A stretch of 61,621 nt of DNA, filler included, from Sphacelaria rigidula (Eukaryota), in NCBI GenBank assembly GCA_964200075.2. It is 8 parts of 8 records of this genome, joined end to end, with 100 filler letters (N's around TTAATTAATTAA, not from the genome) between each part and the next. Parts side by side here need not be neighbours in the genome. Positions count along the whole stretch, not along the records: positions 7,717 to 15,332 come from CAXNAA020014080.1; positions 15,433 to 23,048 come from CAXNAA020014081.1; 6 more parts are not named here. One strand, written 5' to 3'. A program made the translations under genes and the position numbers. How positions within the stretch are numbered: the first letter of the stretch is position 1; every line of letters begins with the position of its first letter. The notes below the pieces were generated by a model. That model did no database searches. It was not told where the DNA came from and saw nothing but the letters and a program-made list of their open reading frames with translations. This document shows positions 11,584 through 23,148 of this stretch, piece after piece.

Positions 11584-12190
11584 GACAAGTAAAGACGCAC
11601 AACACATACCTCCAGACTATACGCCGCTTCGCGCTTCTTGCCCGCGGCGCAGTGATGTTTAGCGTGCAGCAGAGCAGGGCGTGTGTCTCGCCCGTACGCG
11701 CACGCATGCGAGGAGAGTCCACGACGATAAGCGGCGTCAACCTGGGCTACAAATATGGTGGGGGACACTTTCCCTAGACACCACACACACGACATGCAAA
11801 TTCCTCGCTGGAATTTAACGACAAAATATTACAGCATGATGACTCGCGTCATCGTCGGGGAGAATGACAACGAGTCTGACTCCAGGTGTACCCGTCGTTC
11901 AGATTGTGTTTTCCTCTTCCCAAGACTTGACGGATTGTCATCGTTACGGAAAGTAGAGGCTTAATAGAGAGAACCTAGGAAATCGGCAAGAAATGACTCC
12001 AACCCGCCTGTGTCACCGCCGTGTAGCTGAGAACACGAACTGTCGAGCTAACCCATAACTTTTCTGCCCTTGATTGTCTTCCCGACTCAGCAGGGGTATA
12101 GTCCACATCCTCTCTCATCATGAAACTCGGCGTGCTCTTTTGTCTTCTGTCCTACGTTGGCCCTCTAGATCTCCCTCAAGAGTATCTGTT

Positions 12191-13112
12191 GTAGTTCGCA
12201 GCTGAAATAATGCAAGGTTTTTGTCATTTTTGCGTAGTCGGCGATTTCCAAAATTTAGTTTTCCTAGTGCCACTGCCCACCCCTGTGAACGCTTGATCCC
12301 GAAGTTTGGAGATCGGGAGACACCAGGTATCCTCTCCACGTCCCCAAACAACGATAATTTCTGCGCTCAAATTTGAACGAATTGCGGGCTGAATTGACAC
12401 GGGGTGTTATGGATAGACATTGGTACCAAACACAGTTCTTCGGCAACAACAGCGCAGTGAACAGGTAAAAATAAAGGACGAGGACCTGTGAAACTGTTCA
12501 CGAGAGCGATCGGGTTTGTTATACCCCCCCACGCCCCCCGCATGTGCTATGCAGAGCTCGGTTGGGGACTTCTCGTTTTTTCATACTTTTCTGAGCTTTG
12601 TCGTGTAAACTCTCCCTCAGCAATCGAAAGTCTTAGCGTCGATGGATGTTATGATAAGAAGGTTGTGCTCAGGGCGCGATTCTCAATTTTGGTGGTATCG
12701 GGGTGATACGGACCAAGTACCTCGCTCATCATGGGGTGTTATCAACCGTCACTGGTCCGACAAACACAATTTTTCGGCTCCAGAGCAACGAATGACTAAA
12801 AGTGAAAATTAGTAATTTTCATTTGTTCCCAAGAACGACCGGATTGCTTCAATTGAGCGAAAACACCCAAGGGTCAGCACCTGGAGCTGGGTATAGTCGC
12901 AGAACCCCCCAAAACCGATAAGCCCGTAAGTCGTTCAATAACATTGAGTGCAGGAGTTTTATTTTACGTGAAGCGGATGCCTACGTAGTATCTCCCGATC
13001 CCCCAGAATTTGGGATCAAACGTTCTCTGGGATGAGCGGTGACAAGCGAAAATATTTTTGAAAATCGCCGACTACGACAAAAAAAAATCCCCTATTTCAG
13101 CTGAAAACTACT
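12191..13112. mobile_element. Long-inverted-repeat (foldback/MULE-like) element
   Basis: About 140-bp degenerate arms, 12191-12332 and 12976-13112 (CAGCTGAAATA...CGTAGTCGGCGATTT...TTGATCCC...GATCGGGAGA); related sequence at about 47550-47600. Confidence 0.7.
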
Positions 13113-13329
13113 GTGCGTGGGTTAGTGAAAGGGATCCAATTTTTTCTTGTTCTTCTTGGGTGTCTTCTGACGGACATACGCTACATGTTCATCACGACAG
13201 CTTGGGATATCAATATTCACACCCTCCGGTTGTGCGGTGGGGTTGGGATAGGGATGTAGGGTTAGGGTTAGGGTTACGGTTAGGACTCTTTATACATTTA
13301 TAAAATATTGTGTTGCGAAAAAGCAATTC

Positions 13330-13569
13330 TACGGTAGGGGTGCACTTTTTGCGCGAAATGTTGTCTGGTTCAGGGCCTCCTAATGATTCTAGATGCACAA
13401 GAATATGGGTCAGGGCATCCCCGTTTGCAATTTCATTCGGGATATCCCTAGCACTTCGGAATGGCCGAATTCTTGCGTACTCTCACGTATTTCATAAGTC
13501 GTGTTTTGCATGAGATAAAGGGCTCCTAACAATTCCAACCCCAGAAGATATTTGTGCACCTCTACCGTA
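13330..13569. mobile_element. ~240-bp MITE, TACGGTAGGGGTGCAC family
   Basis: Inverted repeats TACGGTAGGGGTGCAC / GTGCACCTCTACCGTA; full-length homologue in the opposite orientation at 58190-58430. Confidence 0.85.
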
Positions 13570-14457
13570 ACAGTAACATCACTCGTAACTCGACGAACTG
13601 GTGCACTGGGGTCGGTTGAACATTAAACTTACCCGAAAGAATCGTTTCAATGGTGCTTGAACGAAGTTGTTGAGACTTTGTACCGTTCAAGTTCACGTCA
13701 TCGTATGAAGACGCAAATGCTCACGCCGTTTCTAGGAGTTACACTCTAAAAATTGCACACATAGACAATGGGGTATCACCAAATTTTCGCAGGACGGTGT
13801 TTTGCATGTCGTTTCGCCGGCTTTAGGGGGCCAGGCATGTGACTTCCAAGGACCCTTGATCCCTCAGGACAGGTACAAAGGTAAACGAATAACACCGTCG
13901 TTCGAAAGTTGCGAAATGCCGCACAGGATATATATGTGATCAATTTTTCAGAGCCCAACTTCCAAGAATCGGTGTGAGCATTCGCGGAGGAATGAATTTT
14001 GGAGTTTGGACGTGAACCATTCTGTACCTTCGGAGATTCGTATCATTGAATTATAAATGACTCCCCCCGTGTCACCCATGGATCCCTCAGTTCCTTGTGC
14101 CAGTGAGGGCTATTTTGACATTTATCCGCGACACTACCTCGAGTACATAACGTGAGGTCCGTCTCGTCGATGGACAACCCCCCCACCGAAGTCCTCGAGT
14201 GGCTTCCGAAGACTTCTTGCGCCCGTGAGGTCAGTTCCCACCGCGTTTGTGTGACAATAGCTTTGATCTTCATCAACCCGGACGGGCACAGTGTTCTACG
14301 TTCATAGATCAAGATCGCTTCCGTAGATTCAAAATCGACGTGTGGAGCATTGCGAGACGCGACACTTCAGAGGTGAGATTCCAACACGTCATAACGTCCA
14401 CCTCATCGAGACTTCATCGGGGGAACACGAGAGCCTTGCATAATCATGTAACCCTAA

Positions 14458-14560
14458 TCTGAGATATCCATCTCTGGCACATGCATTTGGGATGTCCTTC
14501 TGAGACATCCATCTGGTATCACATCCATCTGAGACACCCATCTCGGATATCCATCTCCAT
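14458..14560. repeat. Short array of GAGAYATCCATCT motifs
   Basis: About five degenerate copies in 100 bp. Confidence 0.65.
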
Positions 14561-14640
14561 TGCCGTGCCCCGGTGGTGAAATGATACAACAGAAACCGTT
14601 AGGGTGGGGAAAACGCGAGGTTGATTCTCGCCAAATGCAT

Positions 14641-14921
14641 CAAGCTTGCACACGTCGGATAGCTCACTGGCTACCTGATATAACGAATCGAATGAAACTT
14701 TCAGATCCATTGTACCGAAACACCAAACACGTGACAGCAGTGTCCGAGAAACCAAAGCGTTACCTTCCCCCTACACGGCGTGCTCGGCGTCCATCGCTGT
14801 CGGGAGCTAATACGGAAAAAATGGCCAAGTGATCTATTATTGTAGCTCATGATCCGGATCAGTACTCTAATAACAAGTAATATCCAGGTAGCTCATGAGC
14901 TGTCCGACATGTGCAAGCTTG
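14641..14921. mobile_element. MITE-like element with ~40-bp TIRs
   Basis: CAAGCTTGCACACGTCGGATAGCTCA...CTACCTG at 14641 is mirrored at 14881-14921; no TSD seen. Confidence 0.75.
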
Positions 14922-15332
14922 TCCTTTTTTCTCGCAAGTGTCTGATTCCCGTCGTTAAACATAGGTAGTCTGTTCGGATAAGTTAACACGACAGTCGACG
15001 TGGTGCGGGAGTGCTAATGGTCATGTTCCAATCCTCGCGAGACCAAAATTTAAGACGTGTAGCGGGAGAGAAATATGTCGATCTCTTATGAACACGGACT
15101 CGTTCCAAGGAAAGGGAGGGCTTCTCCAGAAAAAAATTGCCGCCGCGCCGCGGTCATATTATGGCACAATTGCAAGGGTCGGACAAATAACGATTTGTGT
15201 GGAAATTACTTGGTGGTTTTGGTATAATCGATTCGACTCGTACGAATCAATCCCTAGGCTTTGTTTCCAGCGTTGCAACCCAGGTACACGCAGCCCAGAC
15301 ACGTGGAATGGCGCAAAAGTTGCGTGGATACC

Positions 15333-15432
15333 NNNNNNNNNNNNNNNNNNNNNNNNNNNNNNNNNNNNNNNNNNNNTTAATTAATTAANNNNNNNNNNNN
15401 NNNNNNNNNNNNNNNNNNNNNNNNNNNNNNNN
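15333..15432. other. Artificial scaffold linker
   Basis: N44-TTAATTAATTAA-N44. Confidence 0.99.
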
Positions 15433-15994
15433 GTAGGGATGCGAGGTCAATGGTCTGATGACTATGGCACGCATGATCATGAGTACATGGGCGCAAACAA
15501 CGTACTGATTACTCTGCTCGTAATCTATGCCGCCTGCCTGAATCCTCATGTGTTGCCAGCATAGCTTTACACTGTGTAGTGTTGCTGTGGACACTAAGCA
15601 GAGACACCAGCAGCGTGAAGTAGAATGTGTGTTTAGTGGAGAGCGATGGCACGCTGACTGTTTCTTGCGGTCGTATCCAGCGAAGACATACATCACGCAC
15701 ACTGACTCTGCACGCAATAGACTCGAGGGTCAAACCCGGTCAGGGATTATCCTGCATTATCTTCACATGGATGCCCAGTATCCGCATGTTCATGAAAAAA
15801 GCGTTTTGTGCAGCGAGAAGAGAGCTGCTCTGAATCCAAATGCGGCATAATCCATCTCAGCTCCCCTGTGGGTGGCGTCGCTGTCTGGGGGATAAAAGTG
15901 ATTATCATGTTTGATAAGAAACCGCCCTAGACCAGACCGTATCTTATTATGGTTCGTATTTGATTTGGAGTCGTACTTTCCATTCTTTGGACAC

Positions 15995-16370
15995 TCAAGA
16001 CGATTTTTGGTCGCCAAACAGGGAAAATGACCTCAACAGGTCTTGGAGACTTTGCATTGCCCCACCGAGAGGAGCCTAGCTCACTTTTTACATTCTCTTG
16101 GCTCCGAGGTTTCGAGAACAGCCTCTGGACAAAGCTACGGCTGAAAAAAAACGCGGATTCTGCAGGTAATGTCAAGCGGTATGTGCGAAAATACCTGCGA
16201 ACATCGCATTTTCCCCTTTCCAGCCGTAGCATTGTCCAGAGGCCATGCTCGAAACCTCAGGGCTAAGGGAAAGTGAAAAGTGAGCTAGATTCTTCTCGGT
16301 GAGGCGATGCAAAGTGTCCAAGACGTCTGATGTCGATATTCCTCGTTTGAAGGCCAAAAACCGTGTCGAA
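15995..16370. mobile_element. Foldback element with ~150-bp arms
   Basis: About 15995-16148 versus 16215-16370 inverted (GTCTTGGA.ACTTTGCAT.GCC.CACCGAGA...CTAGCTCACTTTT...GCCTCTGGACAA.GCTACGGCTG); same family at 46294-46440 and 53570-53907. Confidence 0.85.
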
Positions 16371-16433
16371 GGTCATCAACGTACAAAATAAATACAACCC
16401 CCCAAAAATATGAGCCCTAAAAAGCGGTCTTGA

Positions 16434-16530
16434 CCCTTTCACCACGAACTTAGGTCACGTGCTGAATCAGGACCACTTGCTCTTAAAAAATTGGCGCATG
16501 ACCGGATGACCTACCCTCGCGGTCAAAGGG
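16434..16530. mobile_element. ~100-bp piggyBac-like MITE, degenerate
   Basis: CCCTTT...CGCGGTCAAAGGG; homologous to copies at 18116, 52828, 55213 and 56306. Confidence 0.75.
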
Positions 16531-16867
16531 CTAGGGTTAGGGTTAGCATTATAATAGTGTTAAAAACGTGCATTTCCGAAACGCTGCGCCAACCATTTTT
16601 TATGACCAAATCCTAAGCGCTCCTCCTACTTTACTCGACCAGATGGGCGGAAAACAACACCTCTCTACAACAAAATCACGATTTCCGAAGAGTTACCAGG
16701 AAAAATCTCACAAACTTTCTCCAGAAGAGTTGGTTTAGGACCATAAGAAGCGCCCTACAATAACGCCGGTCATTTGAAAGGTCTACAAAAAAGTCGTGCA
16801 TTTTAATGTGTTTTGATTTTGAGACCTCCCGCACATATGTACTGTACTTACTGTACATGTGTGGGGA

Positions 16868-17032
16868 GACGGCATAGGCGGTGTGAACCCGGCGGGCAAT
16901 ACACCCTGGGTTAGTAGGGGACAAGGATAGAACAGTGCGATTTTTCCTCGACATGGTTTGTGATTCGCGGTTTCTCATGCTGCTTTTTACTTTTGCTTGG
17001 CTTCGCGCGTCGAGAGGGAGCGATGGGCTCAT
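16868..17032 (-). repeat. Dispersed repeat (second copy 24040-24200, + strand, ending ...CCCTG)
   Basis: GAGCCCATCGCTCCC.CTC.ACGCGCGAAGCCAA and GTTCTATCCTTGT.CCC.TACTA are shared between scaffolds 3 and 4. Confidence 0.75.
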
Positions 17033-17311
17033 ATTCTTCGCTCCGAATTGTTGCCTGCTGAATCTGATGTTCTAGCGTCATCTATCATTTCTTCCTTCTC
17101 TTGTACCGCATCTGTGTCGATTCTTCTGGATCCTAATTTTTTCTTTTCTTTGATGACCAAAATTTACAGGTACAGGTTATTTTGGGTGGGTACCCTGTGA
17201 CAACGGAAGGCGTCCGGTAGGAAGTACTACGCAGAGATCGGAGCGTTTTTTTCTGTGAAGATACGAACGGTCCTAGAGCGATCAAATTCAGGAAAAAGAC
17301 GAGCACACTAA

Positions 17312-17505
17312 GGCCGTGTCTTCGCACATCATTATTCGATAGAAAAAATGCGGGTGGGAAACACAAATTCCGATCTTATAGGTCGTGATTATTTTTAACC
17401 ATCTTAGAAATAAATGACGATGGTCGGAATTACGACCTATCAGATCGGAGTGTTCCTTTTCCACCGCAAATTTTCGATCCGAAAACAATGTGCGAAGACA
17501 CGCCC
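17312..17505. mobile_element. Tourist/PIF-Harbinger-like MITE, 194 bp
   Basis: TAA TSD at 17309-17311 and 17506-17508; TIR GGCCGTGTCTTCGCACAT / ATGTGCGAAGACACGCCC; almost wholly palindromic; half copy at about 26395-26482. Confidence 0.9.
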
Positions 17506-17639
17506 TAACTCACTCGACTGATCGCGACTAATTCGAGTAGATCCAAAGACCAAATCAACGGTTCAGGGTCCCCGCGACTACAGGAATAACCCGATGAGGT
17601 CAACGTCGAATATACGTGCCATCACGCTATGTAAACTTT

Positions 17640-17731
17640 GTCTAGGAAAAACTTTGCGCCCCCCGTGCCCGAGGGTTCTCGGTATGCCGTGGTCGTGTGT
17701 AGGGTTAGGCTTACTAGGGTTGGCGGCACCT
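17640..17731 (+). repeat. Dispersed element carrying a telomere-like (GGGTTA)n tract
   Basis: CTAG.A..ACTT.GC.CC.CCCG.GCCCGAGG.TTCT...(GGGTTA)n...GGGTTGGCGGCACC; copies at 18385-18500 (-), 19250-19378 (+), 27222-27300 (-), 58905-58972 (-) and probably 13222-13285. Confidence 0.75.
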
Positions 17732-18115
17732 CCATAGTACTAACCATCGTACACTAACATTTCGTCAGGTCGCCTCGCCATCAACGAGGAGAAGTCGACG
17801 GATTTCTCTCCATTTTGTCATTATTTCTCACTTGTTGTACGAGTATCATGGCGGGAAAGTTGGTGACCCGCCCAGATCAAAACGTGAAACATACTTCAGA
17901 CAGCAAAAGAGGGCATTATCGTGTGCGCCGCACAAAGGAGACGCTTCCACAAAAAAAATCCCAGTGTCAAAGGCAAGACAGAAGACAGATCTACATGCCG
18001 CGATCACCCATGCGGCACATGACAAACAAAGCACAGGCCACGGGAAAAACCAAGGACCCACGCGTCCAGCAATAAACAGGCAGCGAGGCTCGGTAGTGAT
18101 GGAGAGGATACTTGA

Positions 18116-18322
18116 CCCTTTGACCGCGAGGGTAGGTCACATACTGAATCGGCATCAGTTTCACTTGAAAAAGTATGCGTGGTCCGGATGGACTACTTGT
18201 ACGCTCATCGCGGTCTAAGGGTTACCCTTAGACCGCGAGGGTAGTCTTTCTGGATCATGCGTTCTTTTTTCAAGGGAAATTGATGCCAACTTAACAGATG
18301 ACCTACTCTCGGTGTCTAATGG
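18116..18322. mobile_element. Two abutting piggyBac-like MITEs in opposite orientation
   Basis: 18116-18221 and 18225-18322 are joined by TTA; each has CCCTT.GACCGCGAGG-type TIRs; outer flanks TTGA and TTAA. Confidence 0.85.
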
Positions 18323-18764
18323 TTAACCAATCGGTTGGTATCGGAAGTTTCTCGGAACTCGATGATTTCGAACAACCCCAACACTACAGTAACCCCAACC
18401 CCAACCCCCATGAAGGCATACCAGAAACTCACGGGCGAGGGTCGGGCAAAGTAGTTCTTAGACAAGGGGTGCATTGCCAGACCTCGAATCGGCGCCCCAG
18501 GCGCCGATTTAGACAAAAAGGCGTTCTGTGCACGCTAGGAGCACGCGAGTCGGACAGCACCCCCATGAAAAAAATGCGGATTTACACTAGACAAAAATTC
18601 AATATCTACCAAGTGGTAAACTCTACTAGTGGAACTATAGGTATGCACGGACAAGGTTAAGATGTAAGAGTACAAAGCTTACATGATCTACAGGGAAATT
18701 CCTCTTGGGCATACCGCTGCTAGCTCTGCACTGTACTGTTGTTGTACTGACTGACTACACATAG

Positions 18765-19125
18765 TGTGTGTTTTGTCGTCCCATCTGTTCTGGACGCCGG
18801 TCTACGCCTTTCGGTATATGTAGGCGCACCAGCCGGGATCACACAGGAGGAAGGTCAACACAGGAGCTTTTTTGTTTTATTTTTATTTGTTTTTAGTACC
18901 CCACCTTCCTTCTGTGGTGCTTGCCTTTATTTTTTATCGCGAGAGGGGTACAACAGTCCCTTTCTCTCGTCGACCGTCAAGTCGAATTTTGTTTACCCAC
19001 GACATAGTCGCTCTCCACTGTTGAGCACGGTGTGAGAAAATATCCCACATCGCCCCGAGGATTGAACCCACGCCCTAACCGTCCGAAGGTTTCGGGGTTA
19101 CCAACTGAGCCACCGGGGCGATCGG
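18765..19125 (-). mobile_element. tRNA-derived SINE, full length
   Basis: The minus strand begins CCGATCGCCCCGGTGGCTCAGTTGGTAACC (A box) ... GGGTTCAATCC (B box), followed by a conserved body and a CA-repeat tail; five copies on four scaffolds. Confidence 0.9.
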
Positions 19126-19249
19126 CATACTGTGCCATGGCATACTCGACAACACACAACAGTAGTCGTCAGAAGCCCAACAGAGATTACAGAATGATCG
19201 GAAACAATGGTTCTGGCTTGATTTTAGTGTTAACGGTATTTGGATCTTT

Positions 19250-19378
19250 AGGCACCGATTTGAGGTCTGCCGACGCACAGTTTGCCTAGAACTACTTCTG
19301 CACCTCCCGCGCCCGAGGATTCTATCGTGACTTGATCAGGGTTAGGGTTAGGGTTAGCGCTAGGGTTGGCGGCACCTT
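19250..19378 (+). repeat. Copy of the telomere-tract-bearing element
   Basis: Aligns to 17640-17731 and to the reverse complement of 18385-18500; contains AGGGTTAGGGTTAGGGTTAG. Confidence 0.75.
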
Positions 19379-20064
19379 ATTCAAAGCACGAACCATTATT
19401 TCGATCATTTGGTGGTCAGTGAGCTCTCGCTTGCAAAAACGAACAATCGTACGAAATGCTTTGCGGCGCAATTACACATGTTTCATACTTCGACTTTTGG
19501 GAAGAAGATAAGAAGCTTCAATTTCAGGGCGAACAGCAACATGTATTTCCGAACGGTCATCACACGAAGGAACACGAGTGCCTCGGCGATTTGGGCGGCT
19601 TTGTATGAACGCACGTAGATAGGACCCTCTTTTCCTGCACGGTATTTGACGTTTGAAATGAGTAGCGCGTAAACCAGTGGCAGATGGTCTGAACAGCTTT
19701 GATAACATGATGATGGTAAACCCATACCACTGTAAGTATTGCATGGCTGTAATTACGCATTGCGGAGTTGCTCCGTATGGTAGAAATAAACGCACGTTAC
19801 TTTTCATTGGTGCCCCAGGGTTGATGATTTGAGTTGGGTGCTGGGTTCCCCGCCCGAAAAAAATAGCAAACCGACCGCTATATCCGAAATATGTTCTTGG
19901 GTGATTGAGAAGGCTTTCAACAAGACACCCAAATGCTCATGCCAAGACAGGTGGGAATACCCGTTGCTTTTCCACAAATTCAGCACTGTACTACAGTGCG
20001 GTACTACAACTCGTGGGTAGTGCCTCTGTTACGTGATTTCTTCCTTGCAGAGTGAAATGTTCAC

Positions 20065-20250
20065 CTTTTTCCCCTGCATCGCTGTTCTCAGCCTGGCGGC
20101 AAGATTGGACAACTGGTCATTTCTCGCCCTCTGCCTCTTCGCCTGCGCCCGCTGCAGTTGCTTCTGCACTTGCCAGGTAGCGAGGGCAGTGCCAACGCCT
20201 ACTGCTATAAAGCTGAGGAGGGATGATGAACGATCTTTACTCAGCGACAT
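20065..20250 (-). CDS. First coding exon of an unidentified protein with an N-terminal hydrophobic anchor
   Basis: MSLSKDRSSSLLSFIAVGVGTALATWQVQKQLQRAQAKRQRARNDQLSNLAARLRTAMQGKK then AAG|GTGAAC donor; candidate downstream acceptor near 19635. Confidence 0.6.
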
Positions 20251-20924
20251 GTCTTTTCCCCCCGCTGTCTGCTGCTACGGCCAACGTAAAGTGCTGCGGA
20301 CAAAGAGACGCTGTTCACGTCATTCAAATGCCGAAGGTAGACTATGTGATGATTTCTTGAAAATGTGATAGGGGTTCCCAGTGGCAAAACAGCTCACTCT
20401 GTTGTACACAGTATATTTTATACTACTGGACTCTACTGTTCTAGGACATAATAACAGGCCAGTCGTTGGGGGAAGATCACTGCGCATGATGTACCACATT
20501 CCCTCAATGTTTGCAACCAGTAGTGCAGTGCGTAATATTCCGTACAACCTAGGCAACAGAAGGCGAAGTACAACATGCAGTATGCAAAAGTGCCCATAAT
20601 CGTGAAACATCCTGCCGACTGCGGCCTGAGAAAGCACATGATTGAGCGAGTGTCGAGAAAGTCATGATAACAACTTGACCAAATTGACCGCAGAACAGCA
20701 AGTTGATCCAAACTGCCAGAGGATGCGTATATGTCAGAATAGGACAAAACATGATAATGCATCCGCAACATGGCGTGGACAACACGGAAACAGATGAGCA
20801 CAATCGTGAACAAGAACCACGGTGAGCCGAATCATCAATCAAACCGGATAGATACAGCATATGACACAGGTTACCTGGCAATTCTATTTCTCATGCGTTG
20901 GTCCATCTGGATGATACTACGAGT

Positions 20925-21412
20925 ATGTGTGTTGTGTGTTGTGTTATTATCCCAATTAGCCTGGACACCAGCTTACACCTTATTCCGGTACGCGTAGATG
21001 ATATATGGGCGCATCAGCCGCAGTCACACAGGAGGAAGGTGTTCAAACCGCATATCTTTTGTTCAGGAAGCGAACAGTATCCTCATCGAACCAGTGAGCG
21101 CTCACTGGCTCAATGGGTAAACTGTTCGTTTCCTGAACAGGAGGTCCACACAGGATTTTTTTTGTTTTGTTTCAGCACCCCACCTTCCGTCTTCCGTGCG
21201 TACCTTGCTTTTATCGCGAGAAGGGATCAGCAGTCCCCTTCCCTGGTCAACCGTGAAGTCAAATTTTGTGTACCCACGAAATGGTCGCCCTCCCCTGTTG
21301 GGCATGATGAGAGAAAAAATACCAGAGCGCGTGACTATATCGAGATTCGACCTCACGTCTCAACGGTCAGACGATTTCGGTGCTACCCACTGAGCCAGCA
21401 CGGGGGCGACCC
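20925..21412 (-). mobile_element. tRNA-derived SINE with a palindromic insertion
   Basis: Homologous to 18765-19125; extra ~100 bp at about 21042-21144. Confidence 0.85.
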
Positions 21413-21637
21413 GTAGTTCTCATACACCGCTCCATCAGTCAGTGTCGAGAAAAAAAGCCGACGCAAACGCAGTTGGCATCGGTATAGAGGTCAGCACCAC
21501 CGGATGGCAAAGAACCCCGGGTACTGGAATATGGAGGCTGTAATTTAATAAAGCAAAAGCGAAAATGCGAACGTCGGTACAAATAACCGCGAATTATTTA
21601 CGGCTGTGCTAGGCCCAAATCAATCAAAAATCAATAC

Positions 21638-21743
21638 CGACGTAAAGTTAAGGCGCCCACAGCCCGTGTAGAGCATGTAGACCAACCGCGACAACAGGGC
21701 GAAGTAAACAGCGCCGCCGGACACAAGGGCCTTGAAGGGTACC
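21638..21743 (-). CDS. Candidate exon encoding a transmembrane-like segment
   Basis: TAG acceptor, TCG|GTATTG donor, GC3-rich codons; VPFKALVSGGAVYFALLSRLVYMLYTGCGRLNFTS. Confidence 0.45.
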
Positions 21744-21820
21744 CTATTCTGACCGACAATGAGGGTAGGTGTACCCCGTTTTAATATGTAGTTTGCCTTG
21801 TGTAAATGCCACCATAGATT

Positions 21821-21874
21821 GGCAGGTAGAGTGACGTCAGATGAGTGGGCAGGTAGAGTGACGTCAGATGAGTG
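21821..21874. repeat. Perfect 27-bp tandem duplication
   Basis: GGCAGGTAGAGTGACGTCAGATGAGTG x2. Confidence 0.95.
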
Positions 21875-21930
21875 TCTCATGCTGTTTCATATTTTGTTCC
21901 AAGTACAGTACAGTGTACCTGTAATTGACC

Positions 21931-22290
21931 AATATCGGCCTTCCGCAGCCGCCGTCCGAACCACCGCACGGCACGAAAAGAGTGGCCGAAGAACATCTCC
22001 AACCGTTCTTTTTTTCTACGGCCTGGAGACTCGAGACCCCTCCGGAGTGATAGGCACCCCCCCCCCGACCGTTTGCAACGGCACACAACAAGCTGCGAAA
22101 TACGGAACATAATGAAAACGCCACAACAATTTGTTCGCAGCTTATTGTGCCGCTTGCCAACGGTTGTGCGGTGTGTTAAACACCTCCAGGCCGTAGAAAG
22201 AAGTAAAAACAAGCCTTAGAGATGTTCTTCGGCCATGTGATCTTGTGTGCTGTGCGGTGTGTTGGACGACGGCTGTTGAAGACCGATATT
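21931..22290. mobile_element. MITE-like element with ~100-bp inverted arms
   Basis: 21931-22029 versus 22183-22290 (AATATCGG.CTTC..CAGCCG.CGTCC...TGGCCGAAGAACATCTC...TTTCTACGGCCTGGAG). Confidence 0.85.
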
Positions 22291-22304
22291 CAGTCTTACG
22301 CCAA

Positions 22305-22960
22305 GAGAAAAAGAAAAAAATCGGAACAGAATCCGACATCTTCTCGCCCCAATACGCACACACACACCGCGCAACCCCAGATTCAGCAAGATAGGGTTGT
22401 TGTCCGTAGTCTACATGACATGTGGTCGGAGTTTCAGCACGTAAAAGCACTAACAGCGGTTGCACGGCCGTGTCTCCTGAAGTGAGCACCTCTGCAGGCG
22501 ATACCAAGATAGGTACCGCGTAAAATGACATCATCCCGAGTGTGCGCAATACAGATCGATGTGTTCGTTTTCCAGGGCAGGAGTCACCCAGCAGGAAGTG
22601 AGCATATCTGCGTGTCATATGCATCCACTGACGTCTCACGCAGTCTGGGCCGAAGGGACTGCGTTTTGAGGGCGTATCGATGGCATTGCCCAAAATCCAC
22701 ATTTCGCTTCGTGCTACTAGCGCACCACGTAAAACGTGCCGCCGCTCCGGGAATATGCTGTCTGTGTTGTGGTCCACCTCTGTGCCAAGTTTCAGGCTGG
22801 TTACAACAGACACGGCGGAGAAATCTACAAGCAAAATGACCCTTGATTTGTACTGAAAATACAGTATTAAACCCTGTTAAACCGTCGAAAGATACATGAG
22901 GTGCGTATGATTTTTGTATGCGAGAATCTTGGCAGTTGACTTGCTTTTTTTTTTTGCCGT
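22305..22960 (+). repeat. Dispersed repeat, uninterrupted copy
   Basis: A homologue in the opposite orientation on scaffold 5 is split into about 31030-31513 and 37754-37930 by the LTR element. Confidence 0.9.
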
Positions 22961-23048
22961 AAGACTGTATTCGTCAACTACAGGTACACTTTGAACAAAA
23001 TATGCATGAGACACAATGAGGTACAAGATAAACTTGGTAGTCTATAAT

Positions 23049-23148
23049 NNNNNNNNNNNNNNNNNNNNNNNNNNNNNNNNNNNNNNNNNNNNTTAATTAA
23101 TTAANNNNNNNNNNNNNNNNNNNNNNNNNNNNNNNNNNNNNNNNNNNN
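23049..23148. other. Artificial scaffold linker
   Basis: N44-TTAATTAATTAA-N44. Confidence 0.99.

Noticed and set aside
13250-13285. True chromosome telomere
   Set aside because: Short, degenerate and internal to the scaffold, like the other GGGTTA tracts.
19040-19125. tRNA gene
   Set aside because: A and B boxes are present, but I could not fold a proper cloverleaf and it is attached to the same body in other copies; it is a SINE head (also 21330-21412, 46125-46193, 48400-48451).
22142-22834. 230-aa ORF with a homologue at 30988-31617
   Set aside because: The similarity is at the DNA-repeat level; the frame is not preserved between copies and no transposase motif is recognisable.
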